Below are positions 26,520 to 36,823 of a stretch of 64,000 nt of DNA, one piece after another; the stretch's first letter is position 1, and every line of letters begins with the position of its first letter. Source of the DNA: a bacterium (GTDB lineage Bacteria > Patescibacteriota > Patescibacteriia > Magasanikbacterales > GWA2-37-8); assembly GCA_043810165.1 (NCBI GenBank), contig JBDROJ010000030.1:866-64865 (forward strand). The letters are read 5' to 3'. The notes under the pieces were generated by a model. That model did not search any database, was not told the origin of the DNA, and was given only the letters and a program-made list of their open reading frames with translations. The translations under genes were made by a program, and so were the position numbers.

Positions 26520-27875
26520 TTAGTAATTCAAAACCCACAATCCTTTTTTATTATATGGAGTATGATACAATTTGCGGTTTTTGCTGTCTGTGGCCACTTG
26601 TCTGGCGCCTGTGTCAAGTAAATTATGAGTAACCAGGTAATATGGATATAGAACAGTTACTTTGTCATTCCATGCTAATGCCAAGGCATTGTATTCATCA
26701 AGAGGCGCTACTTGGCCAAGTCCGGCTCCAGATCGGTTTTGCAATTCTGGTAATTCGTTTTCAATATAAGTCCATAGTTCCCAAGGGCTCCAGATAAGCC
26801 ACCAATCATTGTGCGGAGAAATCAAGAGGTTCTCGCCATTTAAATTATGTGTTCTTTGATTGTTGATAATCGTCATCTCGGATTCGTTTTTTTTAATCAA
26901 TACATTATCATCTTTGCAGATTAACAATTGGTAATTTGTTTGATTTTCATCTAACTCTTTTTCTTTTAGAGTAATTTCGGTAAATTTGGAACTAAATCCA
27001 AGCCTGTCTTTAATCACCTCTATTTTTTTGCTGGTGGTATTATATTCCATTACCCAGAGCCGGTTGTCTTCCATATACCAGTCAACAAATTGATTACCAC
27101 TGATTTTTTTGGTATTTCCGGTGGCCGGAATAAAAGAAAATATGCCTTGTTCGGTGCTATAAAATAACTCGGGTTGTGTTCCTTGCTTCCATTGCGTCTT
27201 TTGCAGCGTGCCCGTACTAATTGGCAGGCTAGCCAATTCAGGCGTTTTATCTATGCAAAGCAAAGTAGGTTTTATTTTTTTTTCTGATAAATTGATTGTC
27301 GCGCAGTTGTATTTTGGCGCCCATTCGGCCAGCATTGAATAAGTAGAAGTAGATTTGAATAATAGATTTTCTTTTTGCTGTTCTTGATCCAATAGCCAAA
27401 TTTCAGTTTGTTGATTATTTTTTGCTTGATAAATTAAAAATTGATTGTCCGAAGAAAGAGAAAATGATATTATTTCTTTGTCTATTAGCAGTTCGGGCAA
27501 GTTTTTTTTGATTAGATTAATTTCTTTAATATATACTGTTTGCTTGCTTTTAATTTCTATTTCTTTTTGCCAGTCATAGTACCCTTCAGTTTTTATAGAT
27601 AGAAGATACTTGCCCTGTTCCACATTTTTTAATTTAATTTTTTTATCCAAAGTATTTTTTTTAAGTTCTACCTGATTCAAAAATACTTGTCCATTTTTTG
27701 GTTGTATATCCACGCTTAAAGAACCGGTTTCATAAGGCTTGTGCATGCTCCAGTCATAGCGATAGCCAATTGTGTACATAATAATCAGCGGTGAAATTAC
27801 AAAAAAGCAAAATACGAAGAAAGTTAGCAAAGCTATACGAAATGGCTTGGTAAATTTTGTTCCCGGGTATTCCAT
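26520..27875 (-). CDS. Hypothetical membrane-anchored protein (451 aa)
   Basis: N-terminal TM LLTFFVFCFFVISPLIIMY. Nothing else recognised. Confidence 0.3.
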   Translation of the reverse strand: MEYPGTKFTKPFRIALLTFFVFCFFVISPLIIMYTIGYRYDWSMHKPYETGSLSVDIQPKNGQVFLNQVELKKNTLDKKIKLKNVEQGKYLLSIKTEGYYDWQKEIEIKSKQTVYIKEINLIKKNLPELLIDKEIISFSLSSDNQFLIYQAKNNQQTEIWLLDQEQQKENLLFKSTSTYSMLAEWAPKYNCATINLSEKKIKPTLLCIDKTPELASLPISTGTLQKTQWKQGTQPELFYSTEQGIFSFIPATGNTKKISGNQFVDWYMEDNRLWVMEYNTTSKKIEVIKDRLGFSSKFTEITLKEKELDENQTNYQLLICKDDNVLIKKNESEMTIINNQRTHNLNGENLLISPHNDWWLIWSPWELWTYIENELPELQNRSGAGLGQVAPLDEYNALALAWNDKVTVLYPYYLVTHNLLDTGARQVATDSKNRKLYHTPYNKKGLWVLNY

Positions 27876-27973
27876 ATAGATGGGTTTGCAAAACTATGTT
27901 ATTTATAATATACTGTAATGTACATAATAGCCTAGTTTGGGTGAAATATCAAATCATGAAATATCAAATTACT

Positions 27974-29293
27974 ATGTCCAATCTAATCATCAATGGTGGA
28001 AAAAAATTAAAAGGCAATATAATCAATCAGACAGCCAAAAATTCAGCTGTGGCAATTTTGTGTGCCTGCTTGCTGGTTAAAAAAGGCAGGACCCTATTGT
28101 CTGATGTTCCTCAAATTGAAGAAGTTAACCGCATTTTAGAATTATTGGCCAGTATTGGCGTTAAAATAGAAAAAATTGGCCAAAATCAACTACAGGTAGA
28201 TGCCAGCCATGAATTGAATATGGAAAATATGGACAAGCATGCCTGTTGCGTTACCCGTTCATCTTTGATGCTAATCGGCGCTTTGGCATGTCGTACCGCA
28301 AAATATAAATTATATAAATCAGGCGGATGCAGGCTTGGCCAGCGCACTGTTCGCCCTCATATTTTTGCTTTAAGTGATTTTGGCGTTAGCATTAATTCTA
28401 AAAAGTCATGTTATGAAATAGGGAATAGTCCTTTGCGGTCAGCAGATATAGTTATGTATGAATCTGGCGATACTGCCACTGAAAATGCCATTATGACGGC
28501 CGTTTTGTCGCCGGGAGTCAGCCATATCAAAATGGCCTCGGCCAATTATATGGTTCAAGACTTATGTTATTTTTTACAGAAAGCTGGCGCTAAGATTCAA
28601 GGCATTGGCACAACCAATTTAACAATAGAGGGAGTGGATAGTCTGGATCCGGTGCAAGATTATTCCATTATGCCAGATCCGATTGTGGCCATGACTTACT
28701 TATCTGTTGCCATTGTGACCGGATCGCAATTAATAGTTGAAAATTGTCCTTTAGATTTTCTGGAGTTGGAATTATATAAATTAAAGGTAATGGGGCAAAA
28801 GTTTGAATTTAAGAACAAGAGGCTTTCAAAAAACGGTCAATTTACGATTGTGGATATAGAAGTTATTCCAAGTCAGTTATCCGCTTTGCCTGATAAAATT
28901 TACGGCAGGCCGTTTCCGGGCTTGAATATTGATAACCTGCCTTTGTTTGTGCCGATTTTAACTCAAGCAAAAGGCAGAACCCTTGTGCATGATTGGGCTT
29001 ATGAAAATCGGTCGGTTTATTATTTGGAATTGGTAAAGTTGGGCGCTAATATCACAATGCTGGATTCGCATCGCGTATGGGTGGAAGGCCCCACTGAATT
29101 TAATCCAAATAATTTAAAATGTCCGCCGGCCTTGCGCTTAGCCATTAATTTATTGATTTGCATGCTGGCGGCTGGCGGTAAATCAGTTCTGCGCAACACG
29201 TATCCAATTGATAGAGGGTATGAAGACCTGTATCATGTCTTAAATTCAGTTGGCGCTGACATAACAGTTAAAAAATCTAATACAAAATCATGA
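27974..29293 (+). CDS. murA: UDP-N-acetylglucosamine 1-carboxyvinyltransferase
   Basis: MSNLIINGGKKLKGNI..., ...KNSAVAILCA and length match MurA. The start is set at ATG 27974. The track's longer ORF would overlap the divergent neighbour. Confidence 0.8.
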   Translation: MSNLIINGGKKLKGNIINQTAKNSAVAILCACLLVKKGRTLLSDVPQIEEVNRILELLASIGVKIEKIGQNQLQVDASHELNMENMDKHACCVTRSSLMLIGALACRTAKYKLYKSGGCRLGQRTVRPHIFALSDFGVSINSKKSCYEIGNSPLRSADIVMYESGDTATENAIMTAVLSPGVSHIKMASANYMVQDLCYFLQKAGAKIQGIGTTNLTIEGVDSLDPVQDYSIMPDPIVAMTYLSVAIVTGSQLIVENCPLDFLELELYKLKVMGQKFEFKNKRLSKNGQFTIVDIEVIPSQLSALPDKIYGRPFPGLNIDNLPLFVPILTQAKGRTLVHDWAYENRSVYYLELVKLGANITMLDSHRVWVEGPTEFNPNNLKCPPALRLAINLLICMLAAGGKSVLRNTYPIDRGYEDLYHVLNSVGADITVKKSNTKS

Positions 29294-30558
29294 ATATTGA
29301 TTCACCGGCTAAAATAAGAGCAAAAAAATACGCAGGCATTTATCTGTCCGTTATTTTATTTATTATTTCTTTTGGATTAGGCCTGGTAATAGGAAAGACT
29401 TGGTTTGTTAAAGAGCAGATCAGCAACGATAGGGGCGAGGTTGAAATTTCCAAAGTAGTTGGATTGAATAGATCTTTAAATAAATCAGATAGCGTGGACT
29501 TTGAGTTATTTTGGGATGTATGGGATAAGATTAATAAAAAATATGCAAAAGAAGAGTTCAAAGAAGTCGATATGTTTTATGGTGCATTGCAGGGAATGGT
29601 AATGTCTTTGGGCGATCCATACTCTATTTTTATGCCACCAAAAATGGCTTTGGAATTTTCCAAGGATATTTCCGGGGAATTAGAAGGGATTGGCTGTGAG
29701 ATGGGCATAAAAGAAGGCCAGCTGGTTGTTATTTCGCCTTTGCCTGATTCTCCGGCTGAAAAAGCCGGATTAAGGCCGGGCGACAAGGTATTGTCTATTA
29801 ATGGAACTTCTACTTTTGGCATGGGCATAATGCAGGCAGTTAATTTAATACGGGGCAAGGCTGATACAGAAGTGGTTTTGGGCGTCAGAAGAAATGGAGA
29901 TAGCAAGACTCAAGACATTAAAATAATACGAGCTAAAATAGATATTCCGGCTATTTTGTATTCAGTCAAAAATAATAATGTTGCATATTTAAGGGTTATG
30001 CAATTTAATGGCAGTACCGCAAGCGAACTTGACAAATATGCCAAGCAAATTAGCAATAATAAATTCAAAAGCGTGATTTTAGATTTGCGTGGCAATCCTG
30101 GCGGATATCTGCAATCAGCGGTAAGCGTATCAGGCCAGTGGGTTGACAAAGATCAGATCGTGGTAAGTCAGAAGAATAAGAATCAAGATACAGGTAATTT
30201 GAAAAGCCAAGGCCCGAGTCGTTTAAAGGGTTTGAAAACAATTGTTTTGGTCAATCGCGGTTCGGCTTCAGCTTCAGAAATTGTGGCAGGCGCTTTGCAG
30301 GATTATGGTTTGGCCGTGATTATGGGTGAAACAACATTTGGCAAAGGTTCTGTGCAAGATTTTCAGACATTTACTGATGGTTCTGCCTTAAAATTGACGG
30401 TGGCCGAATGGTTTACGCCCAATGGCAAGAATATAAACGAATCAGGAGTGATGCCCGATATTGAAATAAAAGAAGATTGGATCAAACAAGATGTCGGAGA
30501 AGATGAAATGTTGGACCAAGCTTTAAAATTATTTGCAAGTAGTACGTTTAAATGGTAA
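29290..30558 (+). CDS. ctpA: Carboxy-terminal processing protease (S41, PDZ-containing)
   Basis: A PDZ region, then VLVNRGSASASEIVAGALQD (S41 catalytic-Ser region) and ...TFGKGSVQ. Its start overlaps the murA stop (ATGA). Confidence 0.8.
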   Translation: MNIDSPAKIRAKKYAGIYLSVILFIISFGLGLVIGKTWFVKEQISNDRGEVEISKVVGLNRSLNKSDSVDFELFWDVWDKINKKYAKEEFKEVDMFYGALQGMVMSLGDPYSIFMPPKMALEFSKDISGELEGIGCEMGIKEGQLVVISPLPDSPAEKAGLRPGDKVLSINGTSTFGMGIMQAVNLIRGKADTEVVLGVRRNGDSKTQDIKIIRAKIDIPAILYSVKNNNVAYLRVMQFNGSTASELDKYAKQISNNKFKSVILDLRGNPGGYLQSAVSVSGQWVDKDQIVVSQKNKNQDTGNLKSQGPSRLKGLKTIVLVNRGSASASEIVAGALQDYGLAVIMGETTFGKGSVQDFQTFTDGSALKLTVAEWFTPNGKNINESGVMPDIEIKEDWIKQDVGEDEMLDQALKLFASSTFKW

Positions 30559-30591
30559 AATGCCAATTAATTATTTTTAATAATAAAGAAT

Positions 30592-30882
30592 ATGTTATCA
30601 GACAAAATTCTTTCATCAGAACGTCCCGAGGATTATCCCGAAGGTTCTGATTATCCTAGAACCGGAGATGGTCCAGTGCTTGAAAAGTCAGATGTAGTAT
30701 ATAAGAATTATGGGGGCAGATCTAAAAAAGCAGAAGCCTATAAATTTGGACAGAAGCTTACTAATGATTCGGGCTATGTTAAAACAGAAGATATACCCTC
30801 TGATGATAGCGGTATGAGCATGGAAGAAGCTTTAGATGAAAAGCGCAGATTAGAAAAAGAGCAAGATTATAAAGAATTATAA
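30592..30882 (+). CDS. Hypothetical acidic 96-aa protein
   Basis: ORF track only. Confidence 0.25.
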   Translation: MLSDKILSSERPEDYPEGSDYPRTGDGPVLEKSDVVYKNYGGRSKKAEAYKFGQKLTNDSGYVKTEDIPSDDSGMSMEEALDEKRRLEKEQDYKEL

Positions 30883-30900
30883 TATAATTGAACACAAATC

Positions 30901-30937
30901 AAACCCGCCATCATATACATTAATGCGGGTTTTTTAT
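30901..30937 (+). terminator. Rho-independent terminator
   Basis: AACCCGCcatcatatacattaatGCGGGTTtttt. Confidence 0.6.
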
Positions 30938-31019
30938 AATTATTTGGTTTTGTAAAAGACTTGTATTAAGTGAAAATATAGTATAGGATAAGAACATATT
31001 AATTAATATAACCAATTAT

Positions 31020-31214
31020 ATGCGTATATTATTTGAAGTATTATTAATAATTATCATAGCCGGGTTTGCTTTTAAAGCATTTGGCTGGATATTTCCCAAA
31101 AAAGGATGTGAAAAAGGTCGAAATGAAGAACAAAGTAAACCAGGAGAAGTTAAGCCTGAAGTTGTGGAGGGCCAAGTTGTGGAGGATCAAGAGGGGTCTA
31201 ATTCAGTAGAATAA
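31020..31214 (+). CDS. Small membrane protein preceding the SPFH gene
   Basis: N-terminal TM LLIIIIAGFAFKAFGWIF and an acidic tail. Confidence 0.3.
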   Translation: MRILFEVLLIIIIAGFAFKAFGWIFPKKGCEKGRNEEQSKPGEVKPEVVEGQVVEDQEGSNSVE

Positions 31215-31219
31215 AATTT

Positions 31220-32023
31220 ATGGACAATTTGAAGAATAAGAAATATATCGTGGGGGCGATAATTTTTTTGTTTGCTTTAAGTGCTTTTTCAATTCTTAAT
31301 CCCATGGTAAAAATTACTGCGGGTCAGCGCGGAGTAGTCTTAAAATGGGGAGCAGTATCAGGCAGAATTTTAGACGAAGGGATACATTGGCTAATGCCGG
31401 TTATGGATGAGGTAGTTAAAATGGATGTTAAAGTTCAGAAAGAAGAAAAAGGAGCCACGGCTTCTTCCAAAGACCTGCAAACAGTTACCTCCAAGGTAGC
31501 AATTAATTATCATCTGGATTCCAAGAAAGTTGATAAATTATGGCAGGAAGTTGGTAAAGATTATAGCAATAGGGTAATTGCTCCGGCCATTGAGGAATTT
31601 GTCAAAAAAACCACAGCCAAATACACGGCCGAACAATTGATTACCAAAAGAGAAGATGTGAAAGCTGATCTAAAAAGCGCTCTTACAGAAAATTTGGCCA
31701 AGAATAATATTATCGTTGATGATATCTTTATTACTGATTTTAAGTTTTCTGATACTTTTAATGCAGCCATTGAAGCCAAGGTAACAGCTGAACAAAGAGC
31801 CTTAGAATCCAAGAATAAATTAGAACAGGTTAAGTATGAAGCTGAACAAAGAGTAGCAAAAGCCACAGCAGATGCTCAAGCAATTAAAATTCAAGCTCAA
31901 GCCATTACTCAACAAGGTGGCAAGGATTATGTGCAATTAAAAGCCATTGAAAAATGGGATGGCAAATTACCAATGCAGATGATACCCAATGCTTCTGTGC
32001 CTTTTCTAGATTTGACCAAATAG
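31220..32023 (+). CDS. SPFH/band-7 (prohibitin/HflK-like) membrane protein
   Basis: N-terminal TM, then an SPFH core (...ITAGQRGVVLKWGAV..., with an Ala/Glu/Gln-rich coiled-coil C-terminus). Confidence 0.65.
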   Translation: MDNLKNKKYIVGAIIFLFALSAFSILNPMVKITAGQRGVVLKWGAVSGRILDEGIHWLMPVMDEVVKMDVKVQKEEKGATASSKDLQTVTSKVAINYHLDSKKVDKLWQEVGKDYSNRVIAPAIEEFVKKTTAKYTAEQLITKREDVKADLKSALTENLAKNNIIVDDIFITDFKFSDTFNAAIEAKVTAEQRALESKNKLEQVKYEAEQRVAKATADAQAIKIQAQAITQQGGKDYVQLKAIEKWDGKLPMQMIPNASVPFLDLTK

Positions 32024-32056
32024 AAAAATGTCATCCCGAGAGAAATCCAAGGATCT

Positions 32057-32086
32057 AAAAAATACTGATTTAAATCAGTATTTTTT
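32057..32086. terminator. Bidirectional terminator between the SPFH gene (plus) and era (minus)
   Basis: aaaaaATACTGATTtaAATCAGTATttttt. Confidence 0.6.
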
Positions 32087-32099
32087 AAACTTATGGATT

Positions 32100-32984
32100 T
32101 TATACCCGTTCTACCCAATGCTTGTCTGTTTCAACTTCCAATTTAAGAAAGATCTTTTTATTTAAAGCGATTTCAAGCTCCTTTCGCGCCATAGTGCCTA
32201 TTTGTTTTATGGTGGCGCCACCATGCCCGATTATCATCTTTTTGTATTGGCTTTCTGAAGTAAAGATGGTGGCCATGATTTTAATAATGTCAGGATGGTC
32301 TTCAATTTCATCCACATTCACATGAGTGGAATATGGAAGTTCCTGGCGTAAAGTATTAAATACTTTTTCTCTGATTATTTCGGCTATCCATTGTTCCTCG
32401 CTCAAATTGGTTATCTGGTTATGAGGATAAGACGGCTGGCCAACTGGCAACATCTCAAAGATTTTTTTCCGCAAAGGCTTGATGTGCTTGTCTTTTAGAG
32501 CAGAAACTTCAAAGATAAATTTGAAATCTTCGTCAAGTTCTTTGTATTCGCTTAAATATTCTTTAACTTGTTCTGGCAAGTCTGATTTGTTAATAACTAA
32601 TATTTTAGGAATATCTAATTTACGAACCAATGACAATGTATATTTTTCTTCTTCCCCAAGGCTTTTGCTTGGATCAACCACATATATTATGAGATCAATA
32701 TCCTGCAATGCTTCACGCACTCGTTTTAACATTTTGCCTGACATGGCGCTTTTTTTATGCTTAAGCACGCCAGGAGTGTCAACAAACACAGCCTGTCCTT
32801 GCGCATCATTAAGAACTCCATGAATCACATCTCTGGTTGTTTGTGGTTTTTTGGTTACGGCCGCGATTTTAGTGCCAACCAAAGTGTTCATTAAAGTGGA
32901 TTTGCCCACATTTGATCGGCCTATCAGCGTAACAAAGCCGGATTTGCCTAATTGTTCATCACCCATATTTTTAGCTCTTGCCAT
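32100..32984 (-). CDS. era: GTPase Era
   Basis: G1 GRSNVGKST, G3 DTPG, G4 NKSD, and a C-terminal KH domain. Confidence 0.85.
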   Translation of the reverse strand: MARAKNMGDEQLGKSGFVTLIGRSNVGKSTLMNTLVGTKIAAVTKKPQTTRDVIHGVLNDAQGQAVFVDTPGVLKHKKSAMSGKMLKRVREALQDIDLIIYVVDPSKSLGEEEKYTLSLVRKLDIPKILVINKSDLPEQVKEYLSEYKELDEDFKFIFEVSALKDKHIKPLRKKIFEMLPVGQPSYPHNQITNLSEEQWIAEIIREKVFNTLRQELPYSTHVNVDEIEDHPDIIKIMATIFTSESQYKKMIIGHGGATIKQIGTMARKELEIALNKKIFLKLEVETDKHWVERV

Positions 32985-33055
32985 TTAAATAATAGTATTG
33001 TAGTATAATATAAGATAATGAGATAATAATCAAGTCTTAATACTATAAACTATCT

Positions 33056-33496
33056 ATGAAAATTGTTTTAATACAAAATGTACATGGTTTGGGCAAAATT
33101 GATGAAATAAAAGAAGTGGCTGACGGATATGCTAATAATTACCTGTTTACTAAAAATCTAGCCATTCCTGCTTCCAAAAAGATGCTTGCGGATTTGCAAA
33201 TGAAAAGGGATAAACAGAAAAAGGATGTGGCCAAAGATCTACAAAACAAGCAGGCTGTGGCAACTCGTTTGGATGGCTACGAGTTAGAAATAAAAGAGAA
33301 GGTCAGCAAAACAGGCTCTTTGTATGCATCTATGAGCACGCAAAAATTAGTTAAAGCCTTGCAAAAGAAAGGATTTAGCGTTGATCAAAGCCAGATAGAA
33401 ATGCCCCATATAAAAGAGGTTGGTGTTTATCAAATAAAGATTAAGTTTGACCACGGCCTTGAAGCCAAAGTCAGCTTGACTGTACTCGCTGAATAA
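33056..33496 (+). CDS. rplI: 50S ribosomal protein L9
   Basis: MKIVLIQNVHGLGKIDEIKEVADGYANNYL... is the classic L9 N-terminal domain. 146 aa. Confidence 0.8.
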   Translation: MKIVLIQNVHGLGKIDEIKEVADGYANNYLFTKNLAIPASKKMLADLQMKRDKQKKDVAKDLQNKQAVATRLDGYELEIKEKVSKTGSLYASMSTQKLVKALQKKGFSVDQSQIEMPHIKEVGVYQIKIKFDHGLEAKVSLTVLAE

Positions 33497-33503
33497 TTTA
33501 AGT

Positions 33504-33527
33504 CTCCCCTAAAAAGGGAGATTTTTT
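33504..33527 (+). terminator. Rho-independent terminator after rplI
   Basis: TCTCCCctaaaaaGGGAGAtttttt. Confidence 0.6.
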
Positions 33528-33581
33528 AATTTACAATTTTGTGGTATAATATTAACAGTTTGAAATTAATTTTGTACATTT

Positions 33582-35210
33582 ATGAATACAAAGTATATTT
33601 TTGTTATTGGCGGAGTCTTAAGCGGGGTTGGCAAAGGCGTGACCACTGCTTCAATTGGTCGTATTTTTAAAAATCATGGTTTGAATGTTTCGGCCATTAA
33701 AATTGATCCATACATCAATATTGATGCAGGTACAATGAATCCGGTGGAGCATGGAGAGGTTTTTGTGACTGATGATGGAGATGAAACTGATCAAGATATT
33801 GGTAATTACGAGCGTTTTCTGGAAACTGATATTTATTCTGTAAATTATATGACCACCGGCAGAGTTTATAGGACTGTAATTGAACAAGAGCGCGCTATGT
33901 ATTACAAAGGTCGTTGCGTTGAAGTGGTTCCTCATATACCTTTGGAAGTAATAGGGCGTATTGAATTAGCTGCCAAAAAAGTAAAGGCTGATGTGATGAT
34001 AATAGAGGTGGGCGGAACAGTTGGAGAATATCAAAACATATTATTTTTGGAAGCTGCGCGCATGATGAAGCTTAAACAGCCTGATGATGTCAGTTTTGTA
34101 TTGGTTAGCTTTTTGCCAGTGCCAAGGCATCTTGGCGAGATGAAGACCAAGCCGACCCAGCATGCGGCTCGCACTTTGAATAGCAGTGGAATTCAAGCTG
34201 ATTTTATTGTGGCGCGCGGACAGTATAAATTAGACAAGCCAAGAAGAGAAAAGTTGGCCTTGCTTTGCGGTTTGCGTTCTGAAGAAGAAATTATTTCAGC
34301 TCCTGATGTGGACAGTATTTACGAAATTCCGGCCGTTTTAGAAAAACAAAAGCTTTATGAATTATTGTGCAAACGATTAAAATTGAAAACAACGGCTGTG
34401 CGCAGTAAAAAATGGGACAGTTTTGTGAGAAAGATGAAGCAATCCGGCAAAAGCGTTAAAATAGCCGTGGTGGGCAAATATTTTGGCACCGGCGATTTTA
34501 CTTTGGCTGATTCATATATTTCCGTAATTGAAGCAACCAAACATGCGGCTTGGGATAACGGAGCCACGCCAGAGATGACATGGATAGATTCCGAACAGTA
34601 TGAGGCCAATCCGAAAAAGATTAAAGAGCTAGACAAGTATGATGCTGTGATAGTTCCTGGCGGATTTGGTACGCGCGGGGTAGAAGGTATAATTATGGCC
34701 ATTAAATATGCGCGCGAGAATAAAATTCCTTATCTTGGATTATGTTATGGCATGCAATTGGCTTCAGTAGAATTTGCCCGCAATGTGTTGGGTTTGAAAG
34801 ATGTTCATACAATAGAATTTAATCCAGATAGTCCTGATTTGATTATTCATATTAATGAGACACAAGCTAAAAATGTGGCCAAGCATCGTTATGGCGGTAC
34901 CATGCGTTTGGGAGCTTATGATTGTACTTTGAAAGAGGGGACAAAGGTAAGGAAATTATATGGCAAGAAAAATATAAGCGAACGCCATCGCCATCGTTAT
35001 GAGTTTAACAATAAATACCGAGCTGATTTGGAAAAGGCTGGCATGCATATAGCCGGTGTCAATGAAAAAGCCAACCTGGTTGAAATAATTGAATTAAAAG
35101 ATCATCCATATTTTGTCGGAACTCAATTTCATCCTGAATTTAAATCACGGCCATTGCAACCGCACCCATTATTTGTCGGGTTGATTAAAGCTGGTTTGAA
35201 GAAGAAATAA
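33582..35210 (+). CDS. pyrG: CTP synthase
   Basis: KYIFVIGGVLSGVGKG N-terminus and a C-terminal glutamine amidotransferase domain GLCYGMQ. 542 aa. Confidence 0.9.
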   Translation: MNTKYIFVIGGVLSGVGKGVTTASIGRIFKNHGLNVSAIKIDPYINIDAGTMNPVEHGEVFVTDDGDETDQDIGNYERFLETDIYSVNYMTTGRVYRTVIEQERAMYYKGRCVEVVPHIPLEVIGRIELAAKKVKADVMIIEVGGTVGEYQNILFLEAARMMKLKQPDDVSFVLVSFLPVPRHLGEMKTKPTQHAARTLNSSGIQADFIVARGQYKLDKPRREKLALLCGLRSEEEIISAPDVDSIYEIPAVLEKQKLYELLCKRLKLKTTAVRSKKWDSFVRKMKQSGKSVKIAVVGKYFGTGDFTLADSYISVIEATKHAAWDNGATPEMTWIDSEQYEANPKKIKELDKYDAVIVPGGFGTRGVEGIIMAIKYARENKIPYLGLCYGMQLASVEFARNVLGLKDVHTIEFNPDSPDLIIHINETQAKNVAKHRYGGTMRLGAYDCTLKEGTKVRKLYGKKNISERHRHRYEFNNKYRADLEKAGMHIAGVNEKANLVEIIELKDHPYFVGTQFHPEFKSRPLQPHPLFVGLIKAGLKKK

Positions 35211-35211
35211 T

Positions 35212-35337
35212 GTCATTGCGAGCGAAGCATCACTGTCATTGCGAGGAGCGGAGCGACGAAGCAATCTCGTTATTACTAGAACCAACGAGATTGCTTCGCT
35301 TACGCTCGCAATGACAGCAGAGACGCTCGCAATGACT
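35212..35337. repeat. GTCATTGCGAG-family nested palindromic repeat (full copy F) in a convergent intergenic region
   Basis: gtcattgcgagcgaagcatcactgtcattgcgaggagcggagcgacGAAGCAATCTCGTTattactagaaccAACGAGATTGCTTCgcttacgctcgcaatgacagcagagacgctcgcaatgac. Confidence 0.85.
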
Positions 35338-35353
35338 GGTTTTGGCAGTTTTG

Positions 35354-36727
35354 TTATCTCCCAGCCATTCTCACTACTATATTTATGGTCCTCAAAATTA
35401 TTCCGATATCCAATAGAGGACCTCGATTTTTTATATAATATAAATCATATTCAAGCTTGCGCAGGTTTTCATCCAGACTGCCTGTATACCCATGCCTAAT
35501 CTGCGCCCAGCCGGTTACGCCCGGCTTAACAAGATGGCGCAGAGCATAATATGGCATCTGCTGTATAATAGGATCTACAAATTCAGGACGTTCAGGCCGT
35601 GGCCCGATAATGGACATCTCGCCTTTAAGTATATTAATGAACTGCGGAATTTCGTCCAAGCGGGTTTTACGCAATATTGAACCTACTTTAGTGATACGGG
35701 CGTCTTTTTTGTCAGCAAATTGAGGGCCGTGAATTTCAGCACTGCCATCGGCTGACAATACTTTCATGGTTCGTAATTTATATAAATAAAAAGTTTTTCC
35801 AAGCTTGCCAACGCGTTTTTGCTTAAAAAACAAGGGTCCGTGTGAATTTAATTTTATGGCCAAGGCAACCGGTGCCAGAACAATTAAAAAGAAAGCACCG
35901 ATAATCAAAGCCGACAGATAATCAACTATCAACCATAAGCGGTCATATATTTTTTTCTTTTGTTCCTGCAAGTTGCCTATAAACCAGCCTTCTGAAAAAG
36001 TGAAAGGAGGAATCCTGCCCATTATTTCTTCGTAAAAATTAGCCAGGCTTACAACGCTTATCTGTTGAAACAACCCGTTGTATAGATCTTTTAATATGGC
36101 CACTTTATCCTCCATGGTTGGAGACAAGACGATGACATTAGGAGTGCTGACGCTGGCAGAATTAATTTCTGCCAAAGAGCTTCCTATATAAATATCAGGA
36201 AATTCTTGAGTGATTGAGAAATCGTCAGTTATTATGCCTTTTACTTTATAGCCAAATTGAGGTTCTTTTCTAATTATTTTTATTAACTCTTTTATCTCCG
36301 GAGTTATGCCGGCAAACACCACATTTAATTGCCAGACAGAGGCTGATATAAAACGGTTGTAAGTATAGCGCCATACAGCAACCAGGCTAAAACCAATAAC
36401 TGTGGTCAATACAAGTATGGTTTTTGGGGATACTTTTTCATCAGGATTAATATAAAAATAAAGCATGCCCATAACCAGCCAAATTAAGGCGGTTAATAAT
36501 ATGCGCTGGTATAATTTTTTGTCGTTTTTACTGGGTCCAACATCATAAAGCCCGGCAATGAACATGAGCAGGCCGGCAAATAAGAATAATATGGTCATCG
36601 GAGCTATTAGATTGGTCATGACTTGTTTATGCAGTTCTAAATGCCGAAGAGCCAAGGCAAAGAGCAGGCCTAGATACATAGCTGATAAATCTCCTAATAA
36701 TAAAGTAAGTTGTTTTAAGCGGTACAT
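35354..36727 (-). CDS. Polyprenyl-phosphate sugar phosphotransferase (WbaP/exopolysaccharide 'bacterial sugar transferase' family)
   Basis: C-terminal ...DEIPQFINILKGEMSIIGPRPERPEF... and an N-terminal multi-TM domain. Confidence 0.8.
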   Translation of the reverse strand: MYRLKQLTLLLGDLSAMYLGLLFALALRHLELHKQVMTNLIAPMTILFLFAGLLMFIAGLYDVGPSKNDKKLYQRILLTALIWLVMGMLYFYINPDEKVSPKTILVLTTVIGFSLVAVWRYTYNRFISASVWQLNVVFAGITPEIKELIKIIRKEPQFGYKVKGIITDDFSITQEFPDIYIGSSLAEINSASVSTPNVIVLSPTMEDKVAILKDLYNGLFQQISVVSLANFYEEIMGRIPPFTFSEGWFIGNLQEQKKKIYDRLWLIVDYLSALIIGAFFLIVLAPVALAIKLNSHGPLFFKQKRVGKLGKTFYLYKLRTMKVLSADGSAEIHGPQFADKKDARITKVGSILRKTRLDEIPQFINILKGEMSIIGPRPERPEFVDPIIQQMPYYALRHLVKPGVTGWAQIRHGYTGSLDENLRKLEYDLYYIKNRGPLLDIGIILRTINIVVRMAGR

Positions 36728-36823
36728 GTTGAATTGAAATTAAGTTTAAGATGACACCATGCTTATTGTATAGTATAATACCAATATCTGTAAGTCTAAT
36801 TTAAAGCTCGGTATAAGTTAATT

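Noticed and set aside
27857-27973. N-terminal extension of the murA ORF in the track
   Set aside because: The extension would overlap the divergent upstream gene and lacks MurA homology. ATG 27974 (MSNLIING) is the natural start.
35239-35499. 86-aa plus-strand ORF
   Set aside because: It starts inside repeat copy F and overlaps the sugar-transferase 3' end on the other strand.
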